Shown: positions 59,196 through 64,000 of the stretch, one piece after another
How positions within the stretch are numbered: the stretch's first letter is position 1
How the letters are laid out: every line of letters begins with the position of its first letter
Assembly (NCBI GenBank): GCA_032718475.1
Contig: JAUCBJ010001318.1
Location: forward strand, 56,904-120,903
DNA: 64,000 nt
Direction: 5' to 3'
Origin: Nemertoderma westbladi
Taxonomy: Eukaryota; Animalia; Xenacoelomorpha
Program-made: the position numbers and the translations under genes
Notes under the pieces: generated by a model
Database searches by the model: none
Told to the model about the DNA's origin: nothing
What the model saw: only the letters and a program-made list of their open reading frames with translations

Positions 59196-62100
59196 ATGGC
59201 TGACACAAGGCAAACTCTGTCAGATAGTCTCCTAGAAACAACAGCCTGTTTCTCAGATCAAAGTGTAGAGAATCCCAGACCGAGGTCTGAAACCCCTCAT
59301 ACTGTAAGAAGGGCAACCCCTGCAGTGGTTGTGTCAGAACCTAGGTTGGTAGAAAAGATTTCGCAATTTGCGAAGTTAGTGAAGCGCCGTTGGTCTGCCA
59401 TAGGCACTCGGGCCCAAGTCAAGCGGGATCAAGAAGAAGCTATAAAACAGCAGCAACCTCCTAGCCAAGAACCTAGTTCTCAGCGGCCCGATAGCTCCAG
59501 TAGTTCGGATACTGTTGAGCGGACGCCCGAACGCGGAGTGAAGATGGCGGATACGGTTTATGATGAGCGGCCAACCTATGAAGAATCAACCGACGCCACT
59601 TCTTCTCAAGTGGAAAGTGAGGTGGAAAGCGAAGTGGAAAGTGAGGTGGAAAGCGAAGTGGAAAGCGAGGTGGAAAGCGAAGTGGAAAGCGAATTAACAT
59701 CAGCAGAGAAGCCGCGAACTAGAGACGCTATCGACATTTATTTGTCCGACTATCAGCGATTCCTAGGAGACGAAGAGTTGAGGAGACGGCTGTCTGGACT
59801 TTCCCCTAATAGTGAAGGAACCAAGCTTGTGTTGGACTCAATCAATGCCGAAATGTTAGCTGCAAACCAAGCTGAATGTGATGAAAAACTCCGCCTCATT
59901 AGAGTCCGAGAAGAACAAGTAAAGAAAGAATGGATAGAGAAAAGAAGGGTGGCAGCAGCAGCGGCGGCAGAAGCAGAAGCCGAAAGAAAAGCAGCGGTGG
60001 CAGAAACAGAAGCCGAAAGAAAAGCAGCGGCGGCAGAAGCAGAAGCCGAAAGAAAAGCAGCAGTGGCAGAAGCCGAACGGAGAGCTTCTGAGGAGACTAT
60101 CCAACTGGAGTTGGAAAATCTGCAAGAGACGCAAGACAGTATAAATAAACAGTTTACTGCTAATCAAATGCAGATGATGAGAAAATCTACTCCCAAGCGC
60201 CAGGGATGCCTAAGGAGGTGAGGTCTCTATAGGGTGTCCCTAACAGGCGGCGGTGGACTCGTGAGGGTCTGGGGGCACGTTAAATCGCGCTTATAGTGCA
60301 AGGGAGTTACTGAAGGCCCTCGTGTCTTACGAACCATGAATCAACATGGTGCCGTGGTACCGTCTAGTCGGCCTGTTGCCGTACTGCCAGTCCTGTACAC
60401 AGTAGGGGTGGTGGCATGGCGTGATTTGTGGTTTATGTGGTCTATGTGGTAGGTCTATGTGTGGTATGTATGAGTTGACCAGACTCTTTACTGTCTCCGA
60501 TCGGTTGCCAAAACGTGTTTTTTCCCAGGGTAGCACTATTGGAATGGAGGTGTTGCATCGGAATGGACAGGTTCTGATGATTCTGTTGGTACTACTATTG
60601 GAATGGAGGTGGCACCCGGAATATCGGCTGCAAGGAGGAGTTGGTGTTGTAGTGTGGTCCGAGTGAATGATACTCTGGAATCTGTGGTTTGTGTGTGTAC
60701 GTGGTATACGTGAGTGTATGTATGACCACTGCGAGTGAGTGTGGGAAACCTTGCCGGTTGGTTCAGTCGCCGCCGGTTATTAGTAGGACCATATTTTACT
60801 GCGCCCCAGCATACTTTGTGCACACAAAGTTATTTTACCCTGTCGGTAAAATAAAGTACTCTCGACTTTTTATTAGTCGATACAATTTTGTCCCCTCTGA
60901 TTTTGTCACCGATTATGTCTTCCCCGATTATGTCCACTGTGTGTGCGTGGTATGCGTCAGATTTTGTGTTTACCGTTGTGTACTTGATTTCGTGATCATC
61001 TATTGAGTACACGTGTACAGTGACTGGTAAGTGGTTACTTGTTCCTAGCTTTCGAGCTAGTCAGTATTGTTTGCGGAACCGACTTCCCCTCAATACTGCC
61101 GGCGAGGCGGGTGAAAACGGTCAATATTCCATGTGGGTAGCGCAAGCCCGCTTGGGACAAGACCGTCGGTTTGGCTCAAGGGCGACCTTGATGCTCGATC
61201 GCTATCGACTGGTCCACCCGCCGGTTGACTCTCTGAGTTGGCTCAATGTACAGTCAGGCCACAGTAAGTTGACAGTAGCCGACCATCTGGCTACACCGAC
61301 GAGCTGTGCCGGTGTGATCGGGGGATTGAAAAGTGAACCCGGGAAGCATCGGGCTACCCTCCGGCCCAGTCTGATCGGAGTCGGACTGGCCCCAAGGGTG
61401 GTGGGACAGCGTCCGCCTCATGGGTGCGCCTCGGAGTCATCAGAGAGGAGCCCAGAAGGACGCAAGCGACACATCCTCGGAGGAAGGCGAGACCACCGAT
61501 CCTGAAGGCGGAGGAAATAGATCTCATCTAAGTAGGCGTAGAAAAACATCTTACCGTCACAAATTGCCTGATTTGCCCCCAGCTGTTAGAAGACAGCTAG
61601 CTAGCACAGACTTGAGTAGTATAGAACCTACAGCCCAAAGTATTAAGGTCCAAAGACTCTCTACAATAGTTGATGAGCCTGAGATAATTAGGCCTGTCGT
61701 TCCCAAAGTCACTTCTGTGTTAGAGACCCCTGTACTTCCAGAGCTTAACTCTAAATTCCCTTTACATAGTACTACACTGCCTGTACCCGGTGGAACAGTC
61801 CAAGAGAATATCCCTGTCCAGATAGCAGAGAGAGAAATCAAAGATTTGTCTCCCGTCGTCCCGCGTCAGCCCGCTACTATGTTGGCGACTCCCGCTTCGG
61901 CGGTTGAGTGGGTGGAAGAGGGACGGCGGGGGATGAATCTCCTGCTAGGACAGATGCAGGAGACTGTCCACCAACTTAAGGGAACAGTGAGGGAAGGTAG
62001 AGCAGAGTTGCAAGAAGTGCAGCAAAGTATCGCGCTAGAACGCGACAAATTAGTCAATATACAAAAGGGCATACCAATACCCCCTGTAACATTGTGTCAA

Positions 62101-64000
62101 CCTGTTAGGTCTGAAGTATTACATGCGCAAGGTGTGGAGCCTACACGCATCTATACTGCTAGTGAAGTTGAAACTCCTATAGCAAACCCTATTAAGGGTG
62201 ATTATAGACCTGTTATTAATGATATTCCCTATAGACCTGATAATGATCCGAGAACTTTATATACCGATAATTCGATATTAAATAACACGATGGCCCAAGA
62301 AAGCTTTACGCGTCAGATGGCTAGAACAGAAGCCCGCCAAGCGGTCAAAGTGGGAGAGATCGTCAAATTCAATGGAGATGAGATGAAATGGTTACCTTTC
62401 AACGAATATTACAAAGATAGCATACAGAACTCTGTACTATCTAACGGAGAGAAACTTAGATTCCTCATCAAGTGCTTGGAAGGACCTCCCAAGTTAATGG
62501 CGTTAAAGTTTATTGGACATCCAGATGGATTAAGACAAGTTTGGGATACATTAAACATCAGGTATGGTAACAAAGATAACATAGCTAAGTATTTGTATGC
62601 AAAATTAGTAGCCCCCCGACACTTCCTTAGTAGTGGGATTATAGAGTTTTCCGATGAAATTCAGGAGATCTGTAGACAACTGGACTGGTTAGGTAAGTCG
62701 CATGAATATCAGAGTTCCATGGTCATTGGAGCCGTAGTCTCTACTTTACCAAAGGGTGGAGTATGTACGCGCTGGGACAAGAAAGTGTTGTACATGAATG
62801 AACAACAACGACGAAGTCCTACCATGGCTGATCTCATGTCCTTCTTAGATAGTGAAGTAAAATTACAACTCATAAGGCAGTCCAGAGAGAAAACATCGGA
62901 AAATAAGGTAAGTGAGAAACCCGTTTCTAGGAGAAGGATAATACCAGTGTGTTATACTGACGACGGCGAAAGCCAAGCTTCTCAAGAAGAGGACAGCGGG
63001 AAAGACACCAAACGATCTTACTATGACAACAAGACCTATAAAGACGTAAGTAAATACAAGTCTCGAACCAGTGACAGGAGAGAACAGGTAACAACAACTC
63101 CTCCTACGTCTCCTAAGAGAATTCACGGAAGAAAGCCCGAAGAAAGAACGAGAGTGCAGAACGTTAACCAAGTTAAGGTGAGTAACATCAAACCAAAATG
63201 TGCGCTGTGCGACGGGCCCCACCGTTTGAGTGCGTGTGCAGAATTCCTAAAGAAATCCATGGCAGATAGACGTGGAGTCCTGTGGGATAAGCGGTTATGT
63301 TATAACTGTCTCAGACGCGGACACCAGCGGCGAACCTGTTACTCGGACGCAAGGTGTGCTAAGTGCGGCGCGAAACATCATAGCTTGTTGCACACGGAAT
63401 TCGAACGAAACAGCCCGAGTCAGGTAAGTGAGCCCAAATCACATGTCCAATTCAGTGATGTGAACGACACTGACCAAAGTTCTGAGTGGGAAGGATTCTA
63501 TACGGACGAATTCTCCGATGCCAACGAATCCTGTTATCTAATAAATACCACAGTGTATCGAGCACTTACGTATGAAAAGGACACTGACGAGTTTACTCCA
63601 ACTCCTTTTGACAAACAACCATCTTGGAAAGTTCCAACTTCCAACATAGGAATAAGAGAATTTCCTGTAGTGCAAGTGAGAGTTCATGGTCTCAACAAGA
63701 GTTACATAGTGAACGCCCTACTTGACTCCGGCAGCACAGGAACATTCATCGATCAAGAACTAGCCGAAGATATCTTTGCTGGACAACCCAAATTCCAAAC
63801 TAAGTTGAATATGTCCGGAATTATGCAGGTTTGGAAATCTACCATAACGGCAGATTACTATGTAGGTGCGTTGTCCACCCCCCAGGATAAATTAGGAGCA
63901 CAAAGTATAAGGTCAGTAAAAATGGTAGCTATAAAGAACTTCGCTAATACCCAAGTAGAGCCTTATAACTGGAACGAGGACAAGAGCATCCAACAACTTA
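59196..64000 (+). pseudogene. gag-pol of BEL copy 2, interrupted by a 1.26-kb insertion; the frame from ~61471 appears open to the window end
   Basis: MADTRQTLSDSLL...STPKRQG, then resumes TSSEEGETTDPEGGGNRS; homologous to the 51875 and 49971 ORFs. Confidence 0.9.
60208..61470. mobile_element. Unclassified GC-richer, apparently non-coding insertion in gag of BEL copy 2, no evident TSD
   Basis: Absent from the homologous position of copy 1 (CAG GGA TTT ACA TCA); flanks rejoin in frame. Confidence 0.75.

Larger units (their letters stand above)
55697..64000 (+). mobile_element. BEL/Pao copy 2 (related subfamily, opposite orientation): 5' LTR/leader, gag and protease; runs off window
   Basis: Starts TGTAAAAGCTT; colinear inverted similarity to copy 1; same zinc knuckles and ALLDSGSTGTF protease motif. 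Confidence 0.93.

Noticed and set aside
60208-61470. The gag insertion as a spliceosomal intron (AG|GTGAGG at ~60218)
   Set aside because: No polypyrimidine tract, and the nearest donor/acceptor phases do not restore the gag frame.
39282-63222. Many short antisense or overlapping ORFs within the BEL and LINE coding regions (e.g. 46382..46987, 50502..50792, 61020..61505)
   Set aside because: Shadows of the main reading frames or chance ORFs in GC-richer DNA, with no recognisable motifs.

Overview
AT-rich animal (invertebrate-like) genomic DNA, not prokaryotic. 1-14.4 kb: domain-IV and proximal C-terminal exons of a voltage-gated calcium channel alpha-1 gene (Cav2-like) on the minus strand. 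It has three tandem paralogous exons for the IVS3-S4 linker/S4/S5 segment and two tandem paralogous exons for the IV pore loop/S6, both apparently mutually exclusive. Three intronic minisatellites are present; one is built from an exon end plus its 5' splice site. 14.5-64 kb: a nested mobile-element stack upstream of the first visible exon, so presumably inside one very large intron. It comprises an inverted Polinton remnant, an AT-rich inverted-repeat region, and a decayed but nearly complete Polinton/Maverick (pPolB, TBP-like protein, DEDD-like nuclease, adenain, MCP, two pentons, integrase, ATPase, RING). That Polinton is inserted in the 3' LTR of a BEL/Pao retrotransposon, which carries an extra ~1415-codon ORF with a WRN/EXD-type 3'-5' exonuclease and CCHC zinc knuckles. 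The element's 5' LTR is interrupted by the 5' end of a LINE. A second, oppositely oriented BEL copy sits in the LINE, and an unclassified 1.26-kb insert sits in that copy's gag. All protein assignments come from recognising motifs by eye; identities and copy numbers are by-eye estimates and no database search was run.
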